Source of the DNA: an uncultured Candidatus Saccharibacteria bacterium
GTDB lineage: Bacteria > Patescibacteriota > UBA1384 > XYA2-FULL-43-10 > 1-14-0-10-43-13
Direction of reading: 5' to 3'
Length of the DNA: 64,000 bases
Assembly (NCBI GenBank): GCA_964364265.1
Contig: CAYILA010000001.1
Location: forward strand, 6,808-70,807
This document shows positions 1 through 9,828 of this stretch, one piece after another. The stretch's first letter is position 1. Each line of letters opens with the position of its first letter. Both the position numbers and the translations under genes were made by a program. Below the pieces are notes generated by a model that was given only the letters and a program-made list of their open reading frames with translations, did no database searches and had not been told where the DNA came from.

Positions 1-450
1 ACTCCTGAAAATATTCTAGGTCTGATCAATAAGGAGAGGGTAGCAAACGGGCTGAATGAATTGCAGGTAAATTACGAATTAAATCGCGCCGCCTCCATGA
101 AGTCAAGGGATATGGTTAAGAGAAATTATTTCGAACATTACGCCTTTGGAATTACGCCTTGGGATTTTATCCGCAATTCCGGGTATGATTATCAATTCGC
201 CGGTGAAAATCTGGCAATGAGCTTTAACACTTCCGAAGGAATGGTTAGGGCATGGATGAACTCGCCAACCCACCGCGACAATATCTTGGATACAAACTTT
301 TCTGACACCGGTATAGGTATTGTCAAAGGTGTTTATACGGAAGATGGAGTTACCCGCCAAACAACTGTGGTTACCAATATGTTTGGTAAGAAAAAGACCC
401 CGATAATCAATATTATTGAAAAAATCAAAGAGGTTTTTGTTTTATATTGA
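1..450 (+). CDS. CAP/SCP (YkwD-like) domain protein, 5'-partial (reading frame open to the window start)
   Basis: Frame 1 is open from nt 1. The motif string ...NKERVANGL..L..N..L...A...S.DM..RNYFEH... plus ...NSPTHRDNIL... is typical of CAP/SCP/PR1-like proteins. Confidence 0.6.
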   Translation, partial: TPENILGLINKERVANGLNELQVNYELNRAASMKSRDMVKRNYFEHYAFGITPWDFIRNSGYDYQFAGENLAMSFNTSEGMVRAWMNSPTHRDNILDTNFSDTGIGIVKGVYTEDGVTRQTTVVTNMFGKKKTPIINIIEKIKEVFVLY

Positions 451-853
451 AATAAATAATATATTTTGAAATTCATCAATCAATGGAAAAAGATAAAATG
501 GGATAACTGTGGATAACTAATAAAAGATAGGACTGACCTATCTAATTTTTTGTTATTGACATTAATTTTTATTAGATGATAATCTTGAACACGTAAATAG
601 AAAACTTCTTATGGTTGAATAAAAAGTATGAAAAAGTATGATAATCAACTATGGGAAGAGCTTTATCGCGCTTAGGGTCAAACGGCCCGGGTGAACTACC
701 GGATGGGTATTCTAGAATTTCTAGAAAGTTTTGTGTTATCTATTCTTGCCAAAGGGGCAGAAATCATTTTCTGCGAATTTTTAAATAAAAAGTGTCTGGC
801 CCTTTGGGAGGGAGCGGGGCAAGAGAAATAATTTACTAATTTAAGGAGAACAA

Positions 854-2836
854 ATGAATAAGTTTTTTCAAAAAATTTTAATTTATCTCATTATCGCTAT
901 GTTGCTAGTGCCGACCTGGGTTGCAACCGGCATGACAAAAATTGAGCGCGCCAAAGCAAACGGCGTGACAACTCTTATCGATGAAGGGTTTGTCGATGGC
1001 ACAGTGGCGCCATCGGGCTGGATATTTAATAGCATTGATGAAATCTATCCTTCATCAGGTAGTTCCGGCGAAGCCGTACCCGCGCTGAAATTTGATGCGT
1101 CGGATGATTCTGTTACGACCCCGTCTTTTAGCAATCCCAATCAATTAAGCTTTTGGATAAAAGGACAAGGCATCAGCGGAGATTCCGCCTTATTAGTTGA
1201 GCAATATGATGGATCGAATTGGACTGGACTTGATAATATAGTGCCCGTATCGAACTCGGCGACGACGAAAGATTACAGCTTATCGAGTAATATAACTCAA
1301 ATTAAATTTACCTATACTAAAGTAACCGGTAATCTGGCCTTTGACGATGTCGTCATAACCGGAGCGGTAATTCCCGACACGACCAAACCGGTAATTACGA
1401 TTAACCCGCTTGACTCGAATCCGACAAATCAGGACCCGGTCGAACTAACCGGCAGGGTGACCGATGCCGGTTCGGGCGTGAAAACGGCTGATTACGAGAT
1501 TAAATTGGTTAGCAGCGGCGAAATTATCTACTCCGGTTCGTTAGTATTAGATGAGTTGGGGAACTTCTCGATTTCAAAATATCTTAGTGATGGAACTTAT
1601 CGGCTAACGGTAAACGCTACGGATAATAGTGACATTAGTGATTCGGAAACCTATGTTTTTACGGTTGACCTGAATCAACTGAACTTGTCTGGTTTGCTTG
1701 AAACAGGCGATAAGGTTACAGTCCCGGCTGGGTCTGATCTGGTGATTAACATTGAAACGGTTAACGGAAATATTCAGTTAACGATTCCGGCCGTGACGGT
1801 GATAACCGGGCCGACTGGCTGGGACCGCAAAATTAATCTGGCCCAAGCAGCATCTGTCAGTGAGATAGAATTGCCGGCCGGTGCGGGAATGGAAGCGACA
1901 GGAGCCGTGGCGTTTGAGTTTGGCGCCGGATTGAGCAGTTTGAGTTTTGACAAACCGGTTAAATTGGTTTTTTACGGCACCGGCGGAAAAAGAATCGGAT
2001 ATATTAAAAACGGCGCTTTTGTTGAGATAACCGTGGTGTGTGACGACGCTAATCCTCCGACAAATATTCCGCCCAACGGCGAATGCAAGAAGACAACCGG
2101 GAGTGATTTAGTAGTGTGGACAACCCATTTTACAACATTCGCTAATTATTCGGAGCAAATTGCGGTTCTAACAATTAGCGTTGCGAAAAATATCGCGGCG
2201 GACGGGATGAGGACATTGACAGTAAGTTGGAAGGGCATCGGAAATACGACAAAGTATGAGATTTATGTGAATGGGGTTAGAAGCGACAGCAATAGTGTAA
2301 ATGTGGCGGGCGATGATACGGGCACGGATTACCAAAAAACGATAAATATCGCTTCCGCCGGAAAGTATGATGTTTATGTCAGAGCGATAAGGGGCGACGG
2401 TTCGCTTAACAGCAATACCGCCACGGTTGAATTTGCGGCGCCTTCGCCGGCTGCCACAACAGTAAAGACTCAAACGACGACTCCGACTGTTCCTTCGGCT
2501 TTTGTTGCGCCGGCCAAAGCCGAAGCGCAGGCGCCGACTCCAAGCGCAGTGGCAGAAAGTCCGACCGGCGACCAGAACGGGCAGATTAAGGGCGAGGAGG
2601 AATCAACCAGTCCGATCGACGAAAAGATTAACTGGACGCCATGGATCATATTGTTCGTTTTGATTCTTCTGACCGGCGCCGCCACCGGCGGTTATTTCTA
2701 TTGGTTTTCGGGCGAGGACGAAGTTGAAACAACGGTGAAGCAAGCGAAAAGCGAGATAAAAGAAGTTGTAAAACCAAAAACAAAGCCAAAAGTAAAAGCG
2801 GTTATCAAACCGGATAAAAGATCGAAGCGATGGTAA
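854..2836 (+). CDS. cell-surface protein with signal peptide, Ig-like repeats, Pro/Thr/Ala-rich linker and C-terminal TM anchor plus basic tail
   Basis: N-terminal hydrophobic segment, repeated beta-rich segments, a TPTVPSAFVAPAKAEAQAPTPS linker and the TM WIILFVLILLTGAATGGYFYWF. An AGGAG RBS precedes the ATG. Confidence 0.7.
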   Translation: MNKFFQKILIYLIIAMLLVPTWVATGMTKIERAKANGVTTLIDEGFVDGTVAPSGWIFNSIDEIYPSSGSSGEAVPALKFDASDDSVTTPSFSNPNQLSFWIKGQGISGDSALLVEQYDGSNWTGLDNIVPVSNSATTKDYSLSSNITQIKFTYTKVTGNLAFDDVVITGAVIPDTTKPVITINPLDSNPTNQDPVELTGRVTDAGSGVKTADYEIKLVSSGEIIYSGSLVLDELGNFSISKYLSDGTYRLTVNATDNSDISDSETYVFTVDLNQLNLSGLLETGDKVTVPAGSDLVINIETVNGNIQLTIPAVTVITGPTGWDRKINLAQAASVSEIELPAGAGMEATGAVAFEFGAGLSSLSFDKPVKLVFYGTGGKRIGYIKNGAFVEITVVCDDANPPTNIPPNGECKKTTGSDLVVWTTHFTTFANYSEQIAVLTISVAKNIAADGMRTLTVSWKGIGNTTKYEIYVNGVRSDSNSVNVAGDDTGTDYQKTINIASAGKYDVYVRAIRGDGSLNSNTATVEFAAPSPAATTVKTQTTTPTVPSAFVAPAKAEAQAPTPSAVAESPTGDQNGQIKGEEESTSPIDEKINWTPWIILFVLILLTGAATGGYFYWFSGEDEVETTVKQAKSEIKEVVKPKTKPKVKAVIKPDKRSKRW

Positions 2837-2854
2837 AATAAATATTCCGTTAAT

Positions 2855-2924
2855 AAAAAATCCCTCGGTCTCCGCCAACCACGAAGTGAACCCTTTGGGT
2901 CTGGCGGACGACAGGGGATTTTTG
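2855..2924. terminator. long imperfect hairpin (aaaaatccc...gggattttt) flanked by an A-run and a T-run; bidirectional intrinsic terminator candidate
   Basis: The outer arms aaaaatccct / aggggattttt are complementary. The inner arms tccgcca / tggcgga are also complementary. Confidence 0.5.
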
Positions 2925-2977
2925 ATTTAGCGAAGATTGATTTTGGTGTATAATCGGAGAAGTAAATAGAGAAAAAT

Positions 2978-3385
2978 ATGAAGATTAGGGATTTATTTTC
3001 AACCGCCAAAGAGAAAATTGAAAAAGTGATGCCGATGACATTCGGAAATTTTGTGGTTTTTTTCCTGATTCTCTATTTCATAACTCTGGTCACACGCATG
3101 ACATGGAACAATTATCAATCGAACAAATCGATTGACGCGGAGGGGCAGAAGATTGATGATCTGACCCAAGAATTGACTTTGCTTCGATATCAGATTTCTT
3201 ATTACAAAACTAATTCGTTCAAGGAAAAAGAGGCGAGGGAAAAACTGGCTTACAAAGCTCCCGGGGAACAGGTTCTGATGATGCCGCTCGATACCCCGGC
3301 CGAGTCGGTTGCGGATGAAGGTAACAGCGATCCTCGGATTAAAATTCCCAATCAACATCTCTGGCGGTCGTATTTTTTTAAATAG
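2978..3385 (+). CDS. septum formation initiator family protein (FtsB/DivIC-like)
   Basis: A single N-terminal TM, a coiled-coil segment and the motif KEKEAREKLAYKAPGEQVL, which resembles the FtsB/DivIC EEEAR..LG..KPGE signature. Confidence 0.6.
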   Translation: MKIRDLFSTAKEKIEKVMPMTFGNFVVFFLILYFITLVTRMTWNNYQSNKSIDAEGQKIDDLTQELTLLRYQISYYKTNSFKEKEAREKLAYKAPGEQVLMMPLDTPAESVADEGNSDPRIKIPNQHLWRSYFFK

Positions 3386-3426
3386 TGTTGATAATAAACA
3401 TCAAATCTGTTACTATTTTAATGTTT

Positions 3427-3503
<77 letters not shown>

Positions 3504-3520
3504 AATTTACAGCTTTTTTT

Positions 3521-3597
3521 GGCAGGGTAGCTCAGGTGGTTAGAGCATAGGATTCATAAACCTAAGGTCGTGGGTTCGAGCCCCACCCCTGCTACCA
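3521..3597 (+). tRNA. tRNA with anticodon CAT: elongator Met or tRNA-Ile2 (lysidine-modified)
   Basis: Acceptor ggcaggg/ccctgct, D-arm gctc..gagc, anticodon loop ttCATaa and T-arm gtggg/ttcgagc/cccac. It sits 50 nt upstream of tilS. Confidence 0.8.
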
Positions 3598-3653
3598 AAC
3601 TTTTACAAAAAATTAAGATAACGAACTCGGGGGTAGGGTCGGCAGGAACATAG

Positions 3654-4640
3654 ATGAAAAAAAGATTTCCGCAAAAATCGCTTGAAGCGAGGGTTTTGGG
3701 GAGTATTTTGTCGTACCAATTAATTCAATCTACGGATCATATCATTGTCGCCGTCAGCGGGGGAGCGGACTCGGTTTGTCTTCTGCATTTATTAAATAAT
3801 TTAAAAGACGAATTAAAGATCACTCTTTCGGCTTGTCATTTCAACCATAAACTGCGCGGAAAAGAAAGCGACAAGGATCAAAAATTCGTCGAGGATTTGT
3901 GTAAAGAGAAGGGGATTGCGTTAATTCTGGGAGAGGGCGAAAAAGGCGAAGATTTAAAAAGCGAAGAAAAAGCCAGAGATGCCCGTTACCGATTTTTTAA
4001 AAAATTGATAGGGGAGAAAAGGGGAGTAAAAATCGCACTGGGACATAATTCTAATGATTTATCGGAAACTCTCATCTTCCGCCTGGCTCGGGGAAGCGGA
4101 ATGCTCGGACTTTCGGGGATCCCTATCTCGCGGGAAAATTTTATCCGTCCCCTACTCTATATTCCACGCATGGAAATTGAAAAATTCCTTAAAAATCACG
4201 ATTTAGGATTTAAAACCGATAGAACCAATTTTGAGACCAAATATTCCAGAAATTTAATTCGGCTGAAAGTTTTGCCTGTGCTTGCAGAAATTAATCTTTC
4301 AGTTGTCTCCACTATCGCCCAAGAATCAAAGAATATCAGCCAGGATATTACTTACTTGAGGAAGATGGCGGAGGAGAGTTTTGAAAAAATCGCGATATTA
4401 GAAAATCAAAACAAGATTGTCCTGGATCAAAAAAAGTGGTTAAAACTTGATCCCTCGCTTCAGCGCAATACCATCATTCTGGCGATTGAAAAAATCAGCT
4501 CCAAAACCGATATTACCTCGGTTCAAATCGAGGAAGTCCTTTCCTTAATTTCGAGAAATATCGGAAAAAAATATAAATCTCTCCCCCACTCGTTGCGCGT
4601 CACGCTTCAAAATGGTAAAATTAGTTGTGCTAGAAATTAA
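3654..4640 (+). CDS. tilS: tRNA(Ile)-lysidine synthetase
   Basis: The PP-loop motif AVSGGADSVCLLHLL (SGGxDS) lies in an N-type ATP pyrophosphatase domain. The conserved tilS-ftsH linkage is present. Confidence 0.85.
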   Translation: MKKRFPQKSLEARVLGSILSYQLIQSTDHIIVAVSGGADSVCLLHLLNNLKDELKITLSACHFNHKLRGKESDKDQKFVEDLCKEKGIALILGEGEKGEDLKSEEKARDARYRFFKKLIGEKRGVKIALGHNSNDLSETLIFRLARGSGMLGLSGIPISRENFIRPLLYIPRMEIEKFLKNHDLGFKTDRTNFETKYSRNLIRLKVLPVLAEINLSVVSTIAQESKNISQDITYLRKMAEESFEKIAILENQNKIVLDQKKWLKLDPSLQRNTIILAIEKISSKTDITSVQIEEVLSLISRNIGKKYKSLPHSLRVTLQNGKISCARN

Positions 4641-4658
4641 ACAGGCAAGGATTTTCGT

Positions 4659-6467
4659 ATGAAGATAAATGTCACCAAATCGATTGTTTATACTATTATA
4701 TTAATTTTGGTCTTTTCTTACGCCTCCAGCTATTTTACGGCTAAGAAATCGCCTATCAAAGAGGTCCCGATCTCGGAGGTGGCTGCGGGCGTCGCCGACG
4801 GTTCGATTCAGGATGTTACCGTCAAAGACAATTCTGTAACTGCGGTCAAAAAAGACGGGATAAAACTGCTTGCCTTCAAAGAGCCGGGCATTAGTTTGGT
4901 TGAATATGGAATTACTCCCGATAAAACAAAAATTGAAGTCAAGGACACCTCCGGTGTTTCGACCTGGTATTCCGTCCTATCATTGCTCTTACCGATATTA
5001 TTAATCGGCGGGTTTATTTACTTTATGATGCGTTCGGCGCAGGGTTCAAACAACAAGGCCTTTGGATTCGGTAAATCTACTGCCAGATTGTCGATTGGCA
5101 ATACCAAGGTTGCATTCAAGGATATCGCCGGCCTCGAGGAACCGAAACAGGAGCTTGTCGAGGTGGTTGATTTTCTCAAAAGTCCGAAAAAGTTCCGCGA
5201 TCTTGGCGCCGAAATTCCAAAGGGAGTTTTACTTGTCGGACCTCCGGGAACCGGAAAAACTTTGTTGGCCAAAGCGGTAGCCGGCGAGGCGAATGTGCCT
5301 TTCTTTTCAATCTCCGCTTCTGAATTTGTGGAGATGTTTGTCGGTGTCGGCGCCTCGCGGGTCCGCGACTTGTTCTTGCGGGCGAAACGAAACGCTCCGG
5401 CGATTATCTTCATCGACGAGTTGGATGCCATTGGTCGTCAGCGCGGAGCCGGTCTCGGCGGTTCTCACGACGAAAGGGAGCAGACCCTAAACCAGATACT
5501 GGTTGAAATGGATGGTTTTGATACGAACGACAATGTGATTGTGGTGGCGGCCACCAACCGCCCCGATGTTTTGGATCCCGCCTTGCTGCGCCCCGGCCGT
5601 TTTGACCGGCAGGTGGTAATTGATCTGCCGGACCGACGCGAACGCGAAGAAATTCTTAAAATTCATACTAAAAATAAACCGCTTGATTCGAATATTGAAT
5701 TGCAAAAAATTGCGGCTCAAACACCCGGTTTTTCCGGCGCCGATCTTCGGAATTTGACCAATGAAGCGGCAATTTTGGCGGCCAGGTTAAATCGAAAAAC
5801 CATCACCCAGAAAGACATGGGCGATTCGGTTGAAAAAGTTATGATGGGCCCGGAGCGGAAATCCCGAATGCTTTCAGCTGAAGAGAAGAAAATAACCGCA
5901 ATTCACGAAGCGGGACACGCCGTTGTCAGCCATATCCTGCCCTTTGGGGATCCGGTTCAAAAGATTTCAATAATCTCTCGCGGCATGGCTTTGGGTTATA
6001 CTTGGAATATGCCGACGGAAGACCGGCGTTTGGAGAGCAAGGAGCGGTTTTTGGATGAAATCGCGTCTCTAATGGGTGGCCGGATGGCTGAAGAGGTCTT
6101 TTTCGGACCGAAGAAGATTACAACCGGAGCCCAGAACGACCTCAAACGAGCGACCGAACTGGCCAGAAAAATGGTCACCGAATACGGTATGAGCGACAGA
6201 TTGGGACCGCAGACATACGGGCGTAAAGAGGAGATGCCGTTTCTGGGCAAAGAATACGCCGAACATAGGAATTACAGCGAAAAAATCGCCAATCTGATTG
6301 ACGATGAGGTGTCCTCAATAATCAACGACGGCAGGGTCCGGGCGGATGAAGTTATCAGAAAAAATAAAAAAACTATTGATGAAATTGCCGAAACCTTGCT
6401 TCAAAAAGAGGTGATCGAATCGGATCAATTTGAAGAATTTTTTACTAAAAAAAATAAAAAGGATTAG
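4659..6467 (+). CDS. ftsH: ATP-dependent zinc metalloprotease FtsH
   Basis: An N-terminal TM pair, the Walker A motif GPPGTGKT, an AAA second region of homology and the zinc motif HEAGHA. Confidence 0.95.
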   Translation: MKINVTKSIVYTIILILVFSYASSYFTAKKSPIKEVPISEVAAGVADGSIQDVTVKDNSVTAVKKDGIKLLAFKEPGISLVEYGITPDKTKIEVKDTSGVSTWYSVLSLLLPILLIGGFIYFMMRSAQGSNNKAFGFGKSTARLSIGNTKVAFKDIAGLEEPKQELVEVVDFLKSPKKFRDLGAEIPKGVLLVGPPGTGKTLLAKAVAGEANVPFFSISASEFVEMFVGVGASRVRDLFLRAKRNAPAIIFIDELDAIGRQRGAGLGGSHDEREQTLNQILVEMDGFDTNDNVIVVAATNRPDVLDPALLRPGRFDRQVVIDLPDRREREEILKIHTKNKPLDSNIELQKIAAQTPGFSGADLRNLTNEAAILAARLNRKTITQKDMGDSVEKVMMGPERKSRMLSAEEKKITAIHEAGHAVVSHILPFGDPVQKISIISRGMALGYTWNMPTEDRRLESKERFLDEIASLMGGRMAEEVFFGPKKITTGAQNDLKRATELARKMVTEYGMSDRLGPQTYGRKEEMPFLGKEYAEHRNYSEKIANLIDDEVSSIINDGRVRADEVIRKNKKTIDEIAETLLQKEVIESDQFEEFFTKKNKKD

Positions 6468-6499
6468 GATAAGGGCATAATATCTTTTGATAATATAAA

Positions 6500-8113
6500 A
6501 TGAAAAGAATTACAAAATATTTCAGTCAGGAGAATTCAGTCCGCGGCGCTTCTTTACTGTTGATTGTAACATTGGCAATCAGCAATATGTTGGGATTGCT
6601 TCGGGACAGATTTTTAGCAAAAAACCTCTCGTTCTCCGATCTTGATATTTATTTTGCCTCTTTTAGGGTCTCCGACACCCTGTTCAATTTTTTGATTTTA
6701 GGAGCTCTTGTTTCGGCCTTTCTGCCGATTTTTACCGATTTTACGACCTCAAGAAGAACTGAAGAGGGTTTTAAACTTGCCAGTATTATGATCAATAGCT
6801 CGGCAATTATCATGTCGCTGACGGCCGTCATCTTTTATTTTATTATGCCTTCGGTGGTCGGCATTATCGTCCCGAATTTCGAATCAGCAAGATTCAACGA
6901 AACGGTTGCTTATTCGCGTCTCCTAATGATTACTCCGATTTTCTTTTCTGTCGCCTATGTCATCGGCGGCATTTTAAATTCCTATAAAAGATTTTTCGCC
7001 TATTCACTCTCCCCTCTTCTTTACAATCTTTCAATCATTGTCGGAGCGGTCTTTTTAGCTCCGAGATACGGAATTACCGGAGTCGTTTACTCGGTGATTG
7101 CCGGTTCGTTTCTTTATTTTCTAATCCTAATTCCGGCTCTTATAAAAATTGATTTTAAGTACTATTTCATCTTAAGGCCGAAAGACGAAACCATTAAAAG
7201 AATTACCAGATTAATGATTCCAAGAAGCGTCAGTCTAGGCGCTAGCCAGATTCTTTTTACCGTTTTCACTTCGATCGGTTCAACCATTTCGGTCGGCGCA
7301 ATTGCCGCCCTCAACTTTGCCAATAATATCCAGACCGTGCCGGTTGTCATACTTGGAAATTCATTTGCTACAGCTGTATTCCCAGTGCTGGCAAAAAAGA
7401 TTTCCGAGGGCGACAATGAAGGATTCTCGTTCTATCTAAATAGAGCAATCCGTGCGATTGGTTTCCTGATGATTCCTTCTTCGATGGTGATGATATTGCT
7501 TCGGGCCCAAATTGTCCGTCTGATTATCGGAACCGGCAAAGTCGATTGGGACGATACCAAGATGACGGCGCTCGCTTTGGGATTCTTTGCCGTTTCCTTG
7601 ATCTCCCAAGGGTTAATTCCCCTGCTGGCGCGGGCTTTCTTTGCTCTGAAAAATACCAGATTGCCGATGTATTCGACCATTATTTCGGTTATTGTCAGTA
7701 TAATTTTTGCCTACCCCTTGGCGTCCAATTATTCAATCGTTGGTTTGGCGTTGGCATTTTCAATCGGAAGCTTTGTCCAGATGTTTATCCTGTTTTATTC
7801 CCTGCTTACCAAATACCCGAGTGTTTTCAATCCAAAATTAGTAGGCGCTTACTTAAAAATTCTGGTCATTTCCCTTCTAATGGCCTTAGCTACCTGGGGA
7901 ACGATGCACGGCATGGCTGGGATTGTAGATATGTCCCGATATTGGGGAGTCCTCACGCAGGTTTTGGTTTCTTGTGTTGCAGCGATAATAGTTTACCTTG
8001 GTATAAACTTTCTAATAGGCAGCGAAGAGATTAAGTGGGCTTTTAAAAGAAGGATAAACGGCGGTGATGAAGGTTCCGATAGAACAAAATCTGGAGCAGA
8101 AAAAAGAAAATAA
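6500..8113 (+). CDS. murJ: lipid II flippase MurJ (MviN family)
   Basis: A polytopic membrane protein of about 14 TMs whose N-terminus reads LLGLLRDRFLA, typical of MurJ/MviN. Confidence 0.8.
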   Translation: MKRITKYFSQENSVRGASLLLIVTLAISNMLGLLRDRFLAKNLSFSDLDIYFASFRVSDTLFNFLILGALVSAFLPIFTDFTTSRRTEEGFKLASIMINSSAIIMSLTAVIFYFIMPSVVGIIVPNFESARFNETVAYSRLLMITPIFFSVAYVIGGILNSYKRFFAYSLSPLLYNLSIIVGAVFLAPRYGITGVVYSVIAGSFLYFLILIPALIKIDFKYYFILRPKDETIKRITRLMIPRSVSLGASQILFTVFTSIGSTISVGAIAALNFANNIQTVPVVILGNSFATAVFPVLAKKISEGDNEGFSFYLNRAIRAIGFLMIPSSMVMILLRAQIVRLIIGTGKVDWDDTKMTALALGFFAVSLISQGLIPLLARAFFALKNTRLPMYSTIISVIVSIIFAYPLASNYSIVGLALAFSIGSFVQMFILFYSLLTKYPSVFNPKLVGAYLKILVISLLMALATWGTMHGMAGIVDMSRYWGVLTQVLVSCVAAIIVYLGINFLIGSEEIKWAFKRRINGGDEGSDRTKSGAEKRK

Positions 8114-8684
8114 AAGCGAGGCCTTTTATAAGGAGATGGATAGAGCCCGAATCGGGAGCTCCATCTCTCTTTCGGTGATTTTATTTCTCTTCTTTATCAT
8201 CTTGGCCGTTGGAATTTTATATGTCGTATACGCCCGCGGCGTTTTTGTGATTGATGGATCACCTTTGAATTTAAGTTCCATTTGGACCAAGACCAGCAAG
8301 AATACTCCGCCGGCAAGCGAGGGAAATGTTGTTCGGATTAACGAAGAGGATCTTGGGCGCGATCTGAAAATCAACGACCCTTCTTTTCCGGTCAAAAAAG
8401 CCAACCTGACGATATCGAATTCCGGGATTTTGTTGATTGGTAAGACGGGCGAAAGTTTCCTGTCTTTAAAAATTGAGATCAAGATATTACCTAAAGTTGA
8501 AAATGAAAAACTGATTCTATCAATCGCCGAGATTAAAAGTGCCGGAGTGGTTGCTCCGAAAAGCATCATCGATATTTTCACGCCGCAAATAAATACAATC
8601 TTGGAAAATACGAAGATTACCGACGGCAAGGTCAAAGATGTCCGGCTCTTCCCCAAATATATGGAAATAGAATTGGCGGAGTGA
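8064..8684 (+). CDS. hypothetical membrane-anchored protein (one N-terminal TM)
   Basis: An ORF carrying the TM ISLSVILFLFFIILAVGILYVVYA. It overlaps the end of murJ and its start codon is uncertain. Confidence 0.45.
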   Translation: MMKVPIEQNLEQKKENKSEAFYKEMDRARIGSSISLSVILFLFFIILAVGILYVVYARGVFVIDGSPLNLSSIWTKTSKNTPPASEGNVVRINEEDLGRDLKINDPSFPVKKANLTISNSGILLIGKTGESFLSLKIEIKILPKVENEKLILSIAEIKSAGVVAPKSIIDIFTPQINTILENTKITDGKVKDVRLFPKYMEIELAE

Positions 8685-9427
8685 TGAAAGCATTAATTTT
8701 CTCCGATGTTCATGCCAGTAATTCTACTCTAGCGTTTTTAAAAAAAGAAATTTCTAAATACGATCTTTTGATATTTTCCGGCGACCTTACCAATATGGGG
8801 GAGCCGGTCTCTTTTGCTGATGATTTTATTTTAATTATTAAAAATGCCGGAATACCGCTCTTTTGGGTGCCGGGCAACAACGATTTTGGCGCTACCTACG
8901 ATATTTTGAATCAGGAAATACCTTCGCTGGAGGGTAGAGTGGAGGAATTTAAGGTCTCTCGTCCCGATAAATCGGGATCTCGAGACGCCGCACCAACGGT
9001 GCGGCGGTTTACCGGTGTCGGGGGATCCCCCGCTTCTTGGGCTGGGGCGTACGGCGGGAATAAATCGGTGGCACAGGAAAAAATCGCCGGCACTATTTTT
9101 ATCTCTCATTATCCGCCGCCAAGAATTTTCAATTACCTGATGCCGGGAAAATCCGAAGGACTCTCCCCCATCTTTGAAAATTCGAATATCGAATATCGAA
9201 TATCAAAACAAATTCAAAATTCGAAATTAGAAATTCGAAATTCGTCATTGTCAATTACGAAGAAATTGACTTATTCGCCTATTGTCCATATTTGCGGGCA
9301 TATCCACTATCAACAAGGCATCGCCTATCTCGGCGAGACTAAAATAATTAAACTTGCCTCCGCAGAAACCGGGCATTATGGTATACTTGATCTAGATAAT
9401 TTAGAAATAGATTTCCGGAGATTCTAG
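8681..9427 (+). CDS. metallophosphoesterase (calcineurin-like) with two in-frame low-complexity/palindromic inserts
   Basis: The MPE motifs are ordered SDVHAS (DxH), SGDLTNMG (GDxx), VPGNNDFG (GNHD-like), ISHYPP (H) and ICGHIHYQQ (GHxH). The spacers between motifs III-IV and IV-V are about 30 aa longer than usual. Confidence 0.65.
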   Translation: MMKALIFSDVHASNSTLAFLKKEISKYDLLIFSGDLTNMGEPVSFADDFILIIKNAGIPLFWVPGNNDFGATYDILNQEIPSLEGRVEEFKVSRPDKSGSRDAAPTVRRFTGVGGSPASWAGAYGGNKSVAQEKIAGTIFISHYPPPRIFNYLMPGKSEGLSPIFENSNIEYRISKQIQNSKLEIRNSSLSITKKLTYSPIVHICGHIHYQQGIAYLGETKIIKLASAETGHYGILDLDNLEIDFRRF

Positions 9428-9771
9428 TTGTCATTCCGACCGAAGTGGAGGAATCTTTGAAATTGTATTATGTTTATATAATGACCAGTCCAAGTAGAGT
9501 TTTATACATTGGAATGACTGACAATTTGGAGCGTCGAGTTTCTGAACACAAACAAGGATTACTCAAAGGTTTTACCAGTAAGTATAAATGCAAGATTTTA
9601 GTGTATTTCGAAAGTTCAAACGATGTCAGTGCGGTTTTGGAAAGAGAAAAACAATTGAAACGATGGAACAGGCAAAAAAAGATTGATTTAATCGAGAAAA
9701 TGAATCCCGAATGGAAGGATCTTGGGGAAGAATTATCATAAGATCCCTCCGCGTTGGTCGGGATGACAGTG
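9427..9771 (+). mobile_element. GIY-YIG gene bounded by ~27-bp imperfect inverted repeats (TGTCATyCCGACC...GGAGGrATC)
   Basis: The left arm is ttgtcattccgaccgaagtggaggaatc (9428-9455). The right arm gatccctccgcgttggtcgggatgacag (9744-9771) is its imperfect reverse complement. A related cargo-less copy sits at 18688-18760. Confidence 0.6.
9445..9741 (+). CDS. GIY-YIG nuclease family protein (YhbQ/UPF0213-like)
   Basis: LYYVYIMTS...RVLYIGMTDNLERRVSEH and a KQLKRW segment match the GIY-YIG catalytic-domain pattern (GIY ... YIG ... R ... E ... N). Confidence 0.8.
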   Translation: MEESLKLYYVYIMTSPSRVLYIGMTDNLERRVSEHKQGLLKGFTSKYKCKILVYFESSNDVSAVLEREKQLKRWNRQKKIDLIEKMNPEWKDLGEELS

Positions 9772-9828
9772 GTAAATGTCGGGATAACAAAAAGAAAAGC
9801 CTGGGACGACAATTAGGAAAGGTTAATT

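Noticed and set aside
5018-5431. 137-aa antisense ORF inside ftsH, and similar antisense ORFs inside dnaK (20924..21355 and others), lepA, murJ and the large surface protein gene
   Set aside because: They lie wholly within strongly supported housekeeping genes on the opposite strand and have no RBS or motifs. They are typical spurious antisense ORFs.
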